Positions 24,190 to 36,611 of a stretch of 48,452 nucleotides of DNA are shown piece by piece (position 1 is the stretch's first letter; each line of letters opens with the position of its first letter). Made by a program: the position numbers and the translations under genes. The notes under the pieces were generated by a model. That model saw only the letters and a list, made by a program, of their open reading frames with translations. It had not been told where the DNA came from and made no database searches. Source of the DNA: Atractiella rhizophila. Its lineage: Eukaryota. Location: the NCBI GenBank assembly GCA_021432655.1, contig MU271227.1, positions 86,576 through 135,027 of the forward strand. Reading direction: 5' to 3'.

Positions 24190-27100
24190 TCACGCCGCTG
24201 CTCCAACTGGAACTTCGACCTCTGTGGAAAGCTTTGAAGTAGTCTGTTTCTTCAACTTCGACCTTTCCCTTTTCACCCCGTCTGCCCAATCCCCACCCTT
24301 TCTGAGAGACCCTAAAAGTCTGCTTAGTCTCCTCTTCGGTTTCTCTCCCCCTTCTATAGTTGCAGGTTCCTCGTATTGTTCTCTCGTTTCATGCTCACTC
24401 CTAGATGCAGAAGCCGTGGAGCCGGTCGCTCTCTCCACGTTGGATACTCCGATCCCAGTGCCAGGTCTAGAACTAGCAGGAGATTCGTGATTGGCAGGAA
24501 CATAGGGAGTGACTGGTGTATCCTCAGGAGATGTCGAAGGACGCCTACCTCCAAAGGACGACAGACTGCGACGGAACGACTTGAATCGAGGTCGCTTCTT
24601 CATTGAGTCCGAAGGCGTGATTGCTTCGGGTGCTCCATTGGGCTGAGATTGAGGAGATTGAGATGAATTCAACTCAGCAAGATTCGTTTCGACGGGAAGA
24701 ACGGGAGATGGAGTCTTGGGTTTCGTGCTCGGGATTGGAGGTAAAGGACTCGTCGGCGCATCCTTGGATGGGAGGGACATCGAAAGAGAACGTCCAAGAA
24801 TGGACCTCCTGTTATTGGGTACCTTTTGATAGCCTTCATCATTGTGCGGAAGACCGTTAGAGATGCTGATGGTCCTCTTCCACTCTTTCTCTGCCGGACT
24901 AGGCTTGTGTAGCTTCCTCTTGCCACTTATAGAGTCCTTCCTCACTCGTCCTTCTGATTGTTGACCTTCATCGGCAAGGAGTGGTTCGTGCGTAAGCGAG
25001 CCAGAAGGGAAATAAATGCCTCGTGAGATAGTAGATCCAGCAGTTGTACCAATCGATGTATGCTCGTGATCAGAGGAAGAGACGACAGACATGGAAAGTG
25101 GACGTCGGCGTTTGGACAGAGTTCTTCGACGTTGAGGGGCGTCGACATCAGGATGCTGTTCAGAGGCTGGAAAGACTTCCTTCGAAGGGTCTGCCATCCC
25201 ATCTCATTAATTTTACCCCTTGCGAACAGGAAAGTGACTCACCCTGCACCCCAACATAATTAGCTATCCACGTCTGCCTCTTGGCCGCCATCTCCTCCTG
25301 TGCTTGCTTAGGATTCCTCTTGCTTAATTTCCTGCCTAGTAGACTGATCTTTCTCTCCCTCTCCTTCACGGGAATACTCGCTCGTGAACCGTGTCCGTCT
25401 TCATCAGGAACGGTGTCCCTCTTCACCTTTGACGGTGTCGTCTTCTCCAGCGACACGCGAGAACCATTAGGAGTGGAAGGACGGAGAATGCTCTTCAAGA
25501 CTTTGCTTCCAGATCGTGAGTGGGTTGGGGAGGAGTCACCAGGACCTTTAGAGGCGAGATAAAAGGTACCACCTGCAGCAGCAGCAGTCCCTGCCCCTGC
25601 GACTACAGGGATGACGTGATTGTCACCCTGATCTTTCATTTCTGACTCCGCCTGAAGCTCAGTTGGGGAAGTTACAACCGCAGTAGTAGAAGAGGACAGG
25701 TCCTCAACTGCGGCAGTAGTCGAGCTCGCAGATTGTAAGTAGGGATGCTCCTGGTCGGAGCTGGAGAGAGGAACACCGATCGTCTCCACCTCTAAACTAT
25801 CCTCCCGTTCGACTGGGATGATTGGAACAGGGATGATAGATGGTGTTTCAGTGGTCTGAGCCGACGGTTCTTCGATAGTTGCTGGAGGTATCGCATCCTA
25901 CATGAAGTCAGCATCAGGAACAAGAAACTGCGGGATAACAACGCACCTTCTCTTCCTCTTCCTCCACAACCTTCCCAACTTCTCCTGCTATGACATTCTC
26001 CTCATCTTCCTCTTCTTCCGCATCCTTCGCTGAATCCTCGCTCGTTTTCTCGTTCACGACGGGAGCATCAACAAGAACAGGAGCAGGCAACACTAATTCC
26101 TCCTCTTTCGTGAGATCCGGCATTTCCCTCTTCTCCATCTTTGGGGTACTTTCCTCTTCTACTGCAATCGGTACATTCTCCTTATTGTCTTCCAACACAG
26201 CTTCCGCTTCCTTGGGAACGGAGGCAAAATAATCGCTCCTCCTGCGATACCCATCGAGATCGTCCAACACCAGTTCAGAGTCGAAGCTCGTCCTCCCCCG
26301 CTCTTCCTCTCCTTCTTGTGCGGTGGCAAAGGTGTCGGGAGTAGGAGGATACCATCCTGGCAGATGAGGTGTCGGCGTTCGCGAGTCCACTTCCATCATT
26401 TTCACAGCGGCAAGGGGACCTTTGTTCAAGAGAACGAGTTTGGGTTCCTCGGAAACAATTTCGACTTCAGAGGTAGTTGGAAGAACTTGAGTGTCGCTGG
26501 TTGGAGGAGGATCGCTTGTTGGAACACTATCCTTCGGTGGAGAAGGATCGCTCGTTGGAAGACTGTCGTTTATGGGAGAAGGAGTATCGTTTGCTGGAAC
26601 TTCGGGGATGACAGGTTCCAGTTCAGGAGTTTCGGGCGCTTCGACGGCTGTGCTCGATGTTGATAGGACAGCAGGCAACTCTTCTGCCTGGGATACTGGT
26701 GTCGTTGGGACTTCGATGCTTTTGAGTGAAGGGGAAGGAGGTCCCTGGTCGCTCTCTTTATCGGATTGGGATATTGATGGCGGTCTGAATGATGAGGGTG
26801 ACGTGCATGAGTCGTCGCAGATTGACTCCGGAGAAACTGTAATTGCTTCCGCCGTCGCACTTTCCTCTTCCGGAACAATGCGACGCGGGCTTCCGACCGC
26901 CTCGAATCTTGAGGAGATTGCAGCAGTAGAGGCTGGAGGGGTTGGAGAAAGCGTGACTTTGCGTCGAAAAGGCGATGAGAACAGATACGAAATCTTGATG
27001 AGAAGCGAAGCAGAAGTAGGGAATGATGGGAGCGATGTAGGCCGCGGTCGTCCACCAGATGAGAGTGGTGGACGGGTGCGAACGAGCACCGTATTCGAGG

Positions 27101-27676
27101 GAGTAGGTGGTGGAGGCGCTGGGGTGTTGTCAGAGGCGGGGAGATCGAAAGACACAGTCTTTTGCTGCTTAACTGAAGTTGCTTGATCATCCTCCCTAGT
27201 AGTTGGAAACGGAACAAAGTTCGTTGCTTCTAACGGCGATGCAGGAGGAGTTGAGACTCCAATCGACCCAATTGTATCCTCTTCCTCCGGTTCTGCAACT
27301 AAGGAACTCTCACTGAGAATGTGCGCCGATCTAGTTACGATCTCGCTATCACTGAGAGCTCTTCTATGAGCCACCCTTTCCTCGGTGACAACATCCAAAG
27401 TTTTGCTACGTCCTGGCGTTGTAGTGCTGTTCGAGCCCGAAGATTCAGAGTTGTTCCACTTCCCATCCTGATCAAGGCCAGGCCAGAAACTGTCGAGGAG
27501 ATCGGCAACATAATTGAGGAAATCGAACAACATATCAGAGAGAAAGACTATCACCTCGGCGGCAGAATCACGTAAGTAAGAAGCGAAAGTGCTCTCCAGG
27601 ACGCTGAAGCTCTTCTAGGTGGGGGCGTAGGGGGGACTGCCGCGTCGGTAGGGGACTGAGAATCAAAAGTTGACAT
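24190..27676 (-). CDS. Large (about 1,100 aa) Ser/Pro/Glu-rich intrinsically disordered protein of unknown function, 4 exons
   Basis: ORFs 27551-27751, 25914-27554, 25160-25789 and 24190-25197 join through GT-AG introns with branch motifs; AAA-ATG start at 27676; no recognisable globular domain. Confidence 0.75.
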
Positions 27677-28389
27677 TTTTATAGGTTGTATAGGGAATCC
27701 GATTCGAATTGGGCGAAGGCGTGAAAAAAAAACAGATAGAGTCGTTAACAAATGGGTATCATGAGGACTCGTGCGAAATCGTTTGCATCTATGTATGTTA
27801 AGAGGGTGTTTGGTCGTTTTTGGACAGCCAGGTCGATCTTATCTCGCTCGCCAGAAAAACTTTCTGAAGGTTCCTAAAGAAGGGTCGGGATTTTATGACT
27901 CAAGTCCTCAACCTAGCCAGCCTAGCCGCTCACTGCCACAACACAATATTGGAACATTTGTTGCAATAGCAGGTCAGATGCAAGAAGTGATCATCCAGAG
28001 ATTCTGTTTACCAGGTCAGGCTGCAGTCTATTTGGTTGGACATGGGCTTGTCAGTTGAGTTGCTCCAGCGACTTCAAGCAGATTCAAGTGCTTTGGCTCT
28101 GTTTGCTGTCCACATCCCTCACCGACGCCGCTTCATAAGGCATTCACTTGTATCCAGGGAAATGACCATATTTGCGCCAGGGTTGAATTTGTCGGGTTGA
28201 TCTCTCTTCCCAGTGTGCAAACGCAGACTGCTCCTTGCAAATATTTGACAATCATCATGCAGCCAACTCCGAGTGAAGTGACCTCGAATGTTTTCAGCAT
28301 AGAGAGCATGACTAGAACTCTAGCATTCACAGCAGAATGAGGTTGGTAGTACAGTGATAAGATGATTATAAGGCTGTCTGCTCTATAAA

Positions 28390-30968
28390 CTAATTTTGAG
28401 TGGAAAGGATTTTATGAAACGACTCAGCCGAAATGTCAACGTTGCCAATCCGTTTCAACCGCTTCTTTCCTTCCTTTTGCTTGTTGAGCACTTTCGCCTA
28501 TGAGGATGTTTTGTTAGATAGTAGCCAAAAAACGGAATGGAACTAACGAACCTTTCGGTCGTAATGTCCACCACCAACGCCTAATGTGACATCCTTCCTC
28601 ATAGCCGCCAGCCTTGCATTCATCAGCTTAAACGTCTGACGAGAATTCGCAGCTGGGAAAGGCTTACCGCTCCTTGCTCACTATCTTACCTCTGAAAGCA
28701 GCCTGAATCACAACCTCGTACTGCTGCCTATCCACCATCTTCCTCATCCTTTCCGTCCATCTCTTCCCCTCCCTCTCAGCTTCAAGCTTGTGACACACGC
28801 TGGTCAACTCGTCCACCTTCCGTCCATTCACTAAGATTTCTAATCGCCCGAGGTCTGAAGTTTCCCATCCAGCTTCTTCGTAGTCGAACGACGCGAAACC
28901 CGAAGTTAAGGATTTAAGTGTAGAGTGAAAGGTGGTGACAATGGAGGAGAGAGGGAGAGTGCTGATTATTTGAAGAAGATCGGTATTGGAAAGGGAAGCT
29001 GATGACGAAGTAGACAGGTAGGAGTAGTCCAGAGTTGTACAACGATTTGCCTATGAGACAATGGTTGAGACCCGGAACTGACAAGACAAACTTACACGTA
29101 GAAGTTCCATTACAACACCTAAGTAATTGTCTGGGACATTGATCGTCGCTTTGATGAGCGGCTCAAAAATTTCCATCTTCATTTGTCGAATATCGAAAAG
29201 GTCCGGAAACTCCAGCGCAGATTGTATGGTCTTTTCCTCTCCATCCTTCGACACAACTTGTCGTGAAATCAACTCGCTGTGCTAAGCAGAGACCTGAAAA
29301 GCACTTACGCTTGAGGGGGACAAACGGACGAGTAATTATCACCTCAGCATTATACTCATCTTCCAGTCTCTGTCGAAACACATCGTTATGCAAGCTCCCG
29401 AGGAAGCCAAGCCGAAATCCAAGTCCCAAGGCTGCAGAGCTCTCCTTCTGAACGGAAACGCTACGATCATTCAATGTCAACTAGGGAGATCTATCAATTT
29501 CGCGCACAACGAGGATGGCGGGGTCACACGCACACGTTTAATGCTTTCTTCAAGCTTTGGAAACTCGGAAGCGTCCATTGGATACACCCCAGAGTAAATC
29601 ATGGGCTTCATGGCCTGTAGCTTCTGAATTGGAGGCACTGGTTTTCCGACGTGATAGAAAGTATCACCAAGGATGGATTCCATTGAGTCCTTCATGTTGC
29701 AGGTGATATATCCCACTTGCCCGGTCGACAAGCCTGTGGATAAAGGCACCTCGTCTGGGTGAAGGAACCCTACTTCGTTCACTTCGTACTTCTTCCCAAG
29801 GTGTGCCGACACAATCGTATCACCTTGTCTCTCATTAGAACAACATAAGGCAAGTATAGAAAGGAAGAATGTACCTTTTTGAAGCCTGCCACCGATGATG
29901 GCGACCAAGCTGACAACTCCACGGTAGGCATCAAACCAGCTGTCAAATACCAAAGCTCTCAAGTCTCCCGATGAATCTCCATCCACTGATGTCTCGGCAT
30001 GTTCCCCAAGTGGTGGAGGAATGTGATCCACAATGGCATCCAAAACGCTCTCCACGTTCAGTCCCGTCTTTGCGCTTATTCTCAACGCATTTTGAATCTC
30101 AGCATCCCCATCCTTAAGTAGAATGGACAAGACCTGATCCTCTACCTCTTCTGGGGACGAGTGAGGCAAGTCGATCTTGTTGAGGATGGGAATGACGGTG
30201 AGAGCACGCTCTTGAGCATAATTGAGCACAGAGAGAGTCTGAGCTTGGACACCCTGCGAAGAGTCGACGAGGAGCAGACAACCTTGGCAGGCAAGAAGGG
30301 ATCGAATGACTTCAGCGGAGAAGTCTACGTGCCCTGCATCTTGCCGAATAAGCGATTCTCATTGCGCTTGCGCATGAGCCGAGAAGACATACCAGGCGTA
30401 TCCAGAAGGTTAAGGAGGTAGGTCTCGCCATTGCGCTCGTAAAACATGCTACATAATGAATAAGCACATCCCAGTCAGAAGGCTAGGTAGATGGAGATCA
30501 CCTAGCTGTTTGAGCCTTCACAGTAATGCCTCTCTCCCTCTCCACCTTCAACTTATCCAACACTTGCTTGTTTGCTACCTTCTCTCCCGTTTCATCCTCT
30601 TCGTACTTCTCAATCGTTCCTGTGAGTTCTAATAATCGATCCGCAAGCTGTCCTTCTTCGAATCAGGGTATGCCTGTTACGGATGGCAAAAGGGCGAACA
30701 GTAGATTTTCCATGATCTATATGCGCAATTATAGCGAAGTTTCGTATTCGAGATCGAGGAAAGGAAGAAATATCGGATACCTAACACATGGTCCAATAAG
30801 CAGGTAAATCAAGTTGAGAGAGTTAAGTCAGCATACCTTAGGCTTCACTACCACCTTGCTACTGCTATCTCGCGACTGGAACTTTGCAAATGAAAAAGAA
30901 AGCAAAGGACCAGGAGCCCTCCTCGAACTGTAACTAGCAATACATGACCCTCGACGCCAAATATTCAT
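28390..30968 (-). CDS. GUF1: Mitochondrial translation factor GUF1 (LepA/EF4), multi-exon
   Basis: Arg/Ser-rich presequence; [72 protein letters not shown]; stop TAG at 28392-28390. Confidence 0.95.
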
Positions 30969-31361
30969 CGAGGACACCTGTACACTAGCGACCTTGTGAC
31001 CCAACAGCTGACCCTTTCTTTATTCGAACCAACAGCGTGCAATGTCCTTAAAACGGACCTTACTACTGTCTCTTGCAACTTCCTTTCCCGCAATGTCAAT
31101 GGCACGGTTGAAAATGAGGGCAAATTGACACGTGACACGTTTCCGGTTTGTTGGACGGACGTCCTTACAACCAGTGAACCGTTCTGGGGCACCGCCGGAG
31201 GAGGCAGAGAAGGTGTTCAGCTATTATTTTGAGGCGCTCCGTCTACTGCAGGACGCCAAGTTTGCATGTTAACGGACATACATTTTTAAAGTGGTATAAA
31301 ACAACACAGAAAGTTTCGGACAGTGCCGAAGGCGAACATGCAATTATTATTACTGCTAAAA

Positions 31362-32785
31362 TCAGAAATCCCTTGTGCCTCCAATGTCACAAGTTCCAAA
31401 CTTCTCCTCCGGTACCTCTTTCCACTTCAACGCCTCCTTCAACAGTTTCGGTGGTTCTGTTATCTCTTCTTCCGTTAAAACCCAGGTGGCATAATGGATC
31501 CCCATCGCTTTTTCGCACTTTGTGTCCAAGAAGATGTTCACCGCGTCATAGGGGTCCGCGTGCATCGAGGAGAAAAGAAAGCGAGGGTCGTATGCGCCGA
31601 TAGGGATAAGTCCCAAGTCAAAAGGGCCACGAAGGTTACCAATCTCTTTGAAGACCGGGCAGACGGGGAGGTGGTCATATTTTGGGTCGTAGACGAACGA
31701 GCCTTCGGGAATGTCGCAGGTTGCTCGATAGCCCGTGTCCCTATAGGAGAAAGACTTTAGCTACATGTGAGGGAAGGAGATGAAGGAACGAACCCTCCGA
31801 ACCAGACTTTCTTTCCTCCGCTTTCAACGCTCCAACTAGCCCACAGTGTGTGATCACGGTCGAATCCCGTCCTTCCACTCGTGTGCTGAGCTGGTAAACA
31901 GGCGACAGTAGCTTCAATCACACCACCATCTCCATGAGTGCCTTTTGAGACCTCAATCTTGATCTCGTTCGTTTCCCACCAATCCATTTCCGTCACCTAA
32001 TCTGCCAGCGTCAACTCAAAATGCCAAAACACCAAAGTCAGAAACGGACATTCTTGATCCCACAACTCTGAAACCACGCCTTGTTTCCGAGTGGAACGAG
32101 GAATTGGCAGTCAGGGAACTTCTTTGCAATCTCCACCACGGTTGGATGTGAAAGATGGTCGTAATGCGAATGAGAAATTATGACGAGGTCAATGATGGGA
32201 ATATCTGCAGTTTTGGCTGGGAGAGGTGTGTATCTCTTCGGTCCCATGAATGAAGATGGCGAGCAGCGATCAGTGAAAACTGGATCGAAGATGACCCGTA
32301 GTGATGATGGGAACTCGAGAAAGTAGGCAGCATGACCCATCCATGTCGCGCGGAGTGAGGAGGACGAAGGGAGAAAACGTTCGTTGAGAAAAGTCGGTTT
32401 GACGACGGTGTAATGAGGCGGTTTGGTTGACGGTTGTTTCCCCCTCGCAGTTCGCCTTCTCACACGTCAGTAAGTGGCACTTGAAAACCGTGAAAGCTTA
32501 CGCTAAAATGGTACCCAGCATTTGGCGGAATGGTAGAGGATTCCACGACGGCCATGGGTTATGAAAACCCTTTCCATCCTTGTTGTGATGCTTCTTCTCT
32601 AGCAAATCTGCAGGCGAGGGAGCGCTGATGGGAGTTAAAGAAACGGTGTTAGCAATTCCCGGAAAAGTGATGGGGGACGAGGTCGACGGCATGGCGAGAG
32701 AGACAGTGGTTCTTCTAATGGCAGGTTTGGGATTTAAATAAGCTGAGCCTTTCTGAATTCCTCGAAAGACAGATTGCTTTATCAT
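31362..32785 (-). CDS. NAPE-phospholipase D / FMP30-like metallo-beta-lactamase; in-frame starts at 32785 and 32692
   Basis: GFHNPWPSW, TWMGHA, FDPVF..R.SP...GPKRY, ISHSHYDHL, PAQHTSGR, GDTGY, PIGAY.PR, MGIHYATW. Confidence 0.92.
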
Positions 32786-32810
32786 ATGCCCTCGCTTGCG
32801 GAACTCGCAC

Positions 32811-32819
32811 TTTTATATA
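32811..32819 (-). promoter_or_regulatory. TATA box candidate for the NAPE-PLD-like gene
   Basis: TATATAAAA on the minus strand about 26-34 nt upstream of the first ATG (32785). Confidence 0.45.
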
Positions 32820-33169
32820 GGTCGGGCGTTTGGAACCCGAAAATTGAACTGGCGACATTCTTTATTCGTTCGCTTGTTCTTTCGCCTCGTCAGCTCGCGG
32901 CTCACCACTTCGGCGAAGTATCAAGTGGCCACCGTTGCAATCCTTGCAAATCCGGCGGCATTTACCGAGGTCGGAGTGGAAGCAGAGTGGAGCTCCGCAT
33001 TTTCAACTTTTCAAGCTGCTACCGAAAGTTGTGGAAACTGTGGACGAGCAAGGACAACTATTACATCTTTATTGACGCCTGTCGATACGCGATTGTGCAG
33101 CAAAGGGGCGACCAAGAGTAATTGGTGGCAGCGCTGGCAAGAAACTGTGGGAAAGAGCTCATCCGAGCG

Positions 33170-36100
33170 ATGGCTGAAAGAAAGGGTAGCATCCAGACAC
33201 ATAAAGTAGGAAATTCTTGGGAGAAGCCTGTCTATTACTTTGAAAACGGTTTACGGAAAGTACAGCCATACGAGTGAGTTTCCTCTCACTCTTCGGGTCG
33301 AGCAGAAGCCTGAGGTGCACAATCGCGAAAGATTCATCTATCGCACTTATGTGAAGGAGCGATGGATCGGAAAAACAATCTTAAAAGTGTTCAGCACTGA
33401 GTTCAGGTCCGTCAATTCCTCCTTCCTCCAAGTGTCCACTCATCGATCGCAGGATTGGTGATTCAGGGACCGCTCAAAGTCGTACTACGAGCATCATCTC
33501 CTATCTGGCAAGGTCCTGCTCAATGGGAAGACGCCCGCGAGCTTAGATACTGTGCTCAAGAATGGAGATTACATCGAAAACGCCATGCATCGGCATGAGC
33601 CACCTGTAGCGGCCGTCGCTGTCAAAGTCGTTTCTCATGACGAGGAGAAAGGCATCCTGATTGTGGACAAGATGGGCTCAGTGCCTGTTCGTTCTTTTCC
33701 CTCTTATTCTCCAACTCCCTGAAGCGCGGCGTTGTAGATCCATTCCACCGGGAGATACCATCACAACACCATGCTCCACATACTGCGTCATGAGCACAAC
33801 TTTCCCCTCGTTCGCACCTGCAATCGACTCGACCGATTGACCAGTGGAGTGATGGTCTGCGCGACAACCGTGGAAGCCGGGCGAAAGTTGGCGAAATACT
33901 TCAATCCGAACACCAACAGGGCTCATAAGGAAGACCCAGCTGAGACGGAGGCAATGAAGGTGCGAAAGGAATATGTTGCGAGAGTTGTTGGCTGTTTTCC
34001 AACGTTTGTCGATCACTTTCTCCCGATACACTCACTCATCCTGATTTAGTGAGGAAATCACCTGCGAAGAACCACTTCTCTCCATCGACAAGCAAATCGG
34101 CATCAACGTCGTGCATCCTCAGGGTCGTCCCTCTAAGACAATTTTCAAGCGACTTTCCCACCACCCCGATACCGATACGAGCGTAGTCCACTGCTTTCCT
34201 ATCACCGGACGGACCCATCAAATTCGGGTGCACCTCCAGTACCTCGGATACCCAATCGCTAACGACCCCATCTACAACAATTCAACAGCATGGGGACCTG
34301 AAAAGGCACGAGGTGGAGTTTTCAGGGATGCGTTGGAGGCGAAGACCAGGGCTTTGGATGTTGATGCTCCAGAGAGCGCGGATGTGGAGGAGCAAGAGAA
34401 GGTGGCGGCAGGATTAGAGAAGATGATGCTGCATGAAACCCAGGAGGTCGTGGATGATGTTTCTACGACACCTCTAGAATCCACAGGCGTCAATACGCCT
34501 ACAGAAGCTTATGGACAAGAGACAGACGCAGTGGGCCAGGAGGAAGATGGAATAGAAGATCGGGATCGAATAACATACAACTTCGTCTTCCCTACTCAAC
34601 AGAAAAACAACAAACAGCGTCGGGAGGAGAAATCTTAAAAGTGTTCAGCACTGAGTTCAGGTCCGTCAATTCCTCCTTCCTCCAAGTGTCCACTCATCGA
34701 TCGCAGGATTGGTGATTCAGGGACCGCTCAAAGTCGTACTACGAGCATCATCTCCTATCCGGCAAGGTCCTGCTCAACGGGAAGACGCCCGCGAGCTTAG
34801 ATACTGTGCTCAAGAATGGAGATTACATCGAAAACGCCATGCATCGACATGAGCCACCTGTAGCTGCCGTCGCTGTCAAAGTCGTTTCTCATGATGAGGA
34901 GAAAGGCATCCTGATTGTGGACAAGATGGGCTCCGTGCCTGTTCGTCCGTTTTCCTCTCCTTCTCCAACTCCCTGAAGCGCGGCGTTGTAGATCCATTCT
35001 ACCGGGCGATACCATCACAACACCATGCTCCACATACTGCGTCATGAGCACAACTTTCCCCTCGTTCGCACCTGCAATCGACTCGACCGATTGACCAGTG
35101 GAGTGATGGTGTGCGCGACAACCGTGGAAGCTGGGCGAAAGTTGGCGAAATACTTCAATCCGAACACCAACAGGGCTCACAAGGAAGATCCAGCTGAGAC
35201 AGAGGCAATGAAGGTGCGAAAAGAATATGTTGCGAGAGTTGTTGGCTGTTTTCCAACGTTTGTTGAACACTTTCTCCCGATACACTCGCTGATCCTGATT
35301 TAGTGAGGAAATCACCTGCGAAGAACCACTTCTCTCCATCGACAAGCAAATCGGCATCAACGTCGTACATCCTCAGGGTCGTCCCTCCAAGACAATTTTC
35401 AAGCGACTTTCCCACCACCCCGATACCGATACGAGCGTAGTCCACTGCTTTCCTATCACCGGACGCACCCATCAAATTCGGGTGCACCTCCAGTACCTCG
35501 GATACCCAATCGCTAACGACCCCATCTACAACAATTCGACAGCATGGGGACCTGACAAGGCCCGGGGTGGAGTTTTTAGGGATGCGTTGGAGGCGAAGAC
35601 AAGGGCTTTGGATGTGGATGCTCCAGAGGGCGCGGATGTGGAGGAGCAAGAGAAGGTGGCGGCAGGATTGGAGAAGATGATGCTGCAGGAGACCCAGGAG
35701 GTCGTGGATGATGTTTCTACGACACCTCTAGAATCCACAGGTGCCAATACGCCTACAGAAGCTTATGGACAAGAGACAGAAGCAGTGGCCCAGGAGGAAG
35801 ATGGAATAGAAGATCGGGATCGAATAACATACAACTTCGTCTTCCCTACTCAACAGAAAAACAACAAACAGCGTCGGGAGGAGAAGATCCGTCTCAAGCT
35901 CGAGCGGCTTCGCGCGAAAGAACAACGATTTGCTGAGCAGCCCTCTGTTCCCAAGCCAGGCTTTGATCCCCTCGGATCGGGTTCTACCGTTCCGGGGTCT
36001 GGACTGAATGAGCAAAGTATCCGAGCGATCACAGAGCTGAGGAAGACGCGGGACGAAGAGGAGAATTGGGGGAGGTGGAAAGATGCTGTGTTTCTCAAAA

Positions 36101-36501
36101 GCAAAGAAGTCAAGGAGAGCCTCTTCGCGCAGAAACGACGGTTTGTGGAAGAGACAAAGGAGGCCGAGAGGCTCTCTCGTTCTCCTTCTCCGACTGATCC
36201 TGAGGTGGGCGAAGAAAGACCACCAACTCCGTCTAGGGATAGTTCGGTGCGGATGCAGGCGTCAGATGCAGCAAATGGCGATTATTGCATGGAGTGCGGG
36301 GTGCCGTTGATTCCTGATCCGAGGCAAGATCAGTTGTGCATCTGGCTGCACGCATTGAGATACCATTGTCGCGATTGGGATTACAGCAGTGAACTGCCAG
36401 AGTGGGCAAGGGAAGAGTGGACTCCTGATGCACTGTGGATGAAGCAGAGGGAGAAGGAGGTGATGGCTGAAAAGGCCTTATCCCCCTGTTCTACTCCTTA
36501 A
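33170..36501 (+). CDS. RluA-family tRNA pseudouridine(32) synthase (Rib2/Pus9-like); the assembly carries an internal 1254-bp duplication, and collapsing it restores one intact gene
   Basis: YYFENGLRKVQPY, KERWIG, TEFR|DR, HRHEPPV, catalytic CNRLDRLTSG, GRTHQIRVHLQYLGYPIANDPIY, CMECG, IWLHALRY, LPEWA. Confidence 0.9.
33377..35885. repeat. Tandem duplication 2, 1254-bp unit (junction about 34630-34632), internal to the pseudouridine synthase gene, about 3-4% divergent
   Basis: AATCTTAAAAGTGTTCAGC starts at 33377 and 34631; CGGGAGGAGAA ends at 34631 and 35885. Confidence 0.97.
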
Positions 36502-36611
36502 GTTATTGCAATAGAAACGTCGTCACTTCTCTCAACCTCAAGAGTGCAACGTGTGATGGGAAATAGTAATTACAAGACAAAGAAAGCTTCAATACAGCAC
36601 GCAGAGCAACG

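Noticed and set aside
32786..33121. 111-codon ORF starting back to back (CATATG) with the NAPE-PLD ATG, in the pseudouridine synthase frame
   Set aside because: It spans the shared promoter, has no recognisable protein features, and is separated from the gene by a stop.
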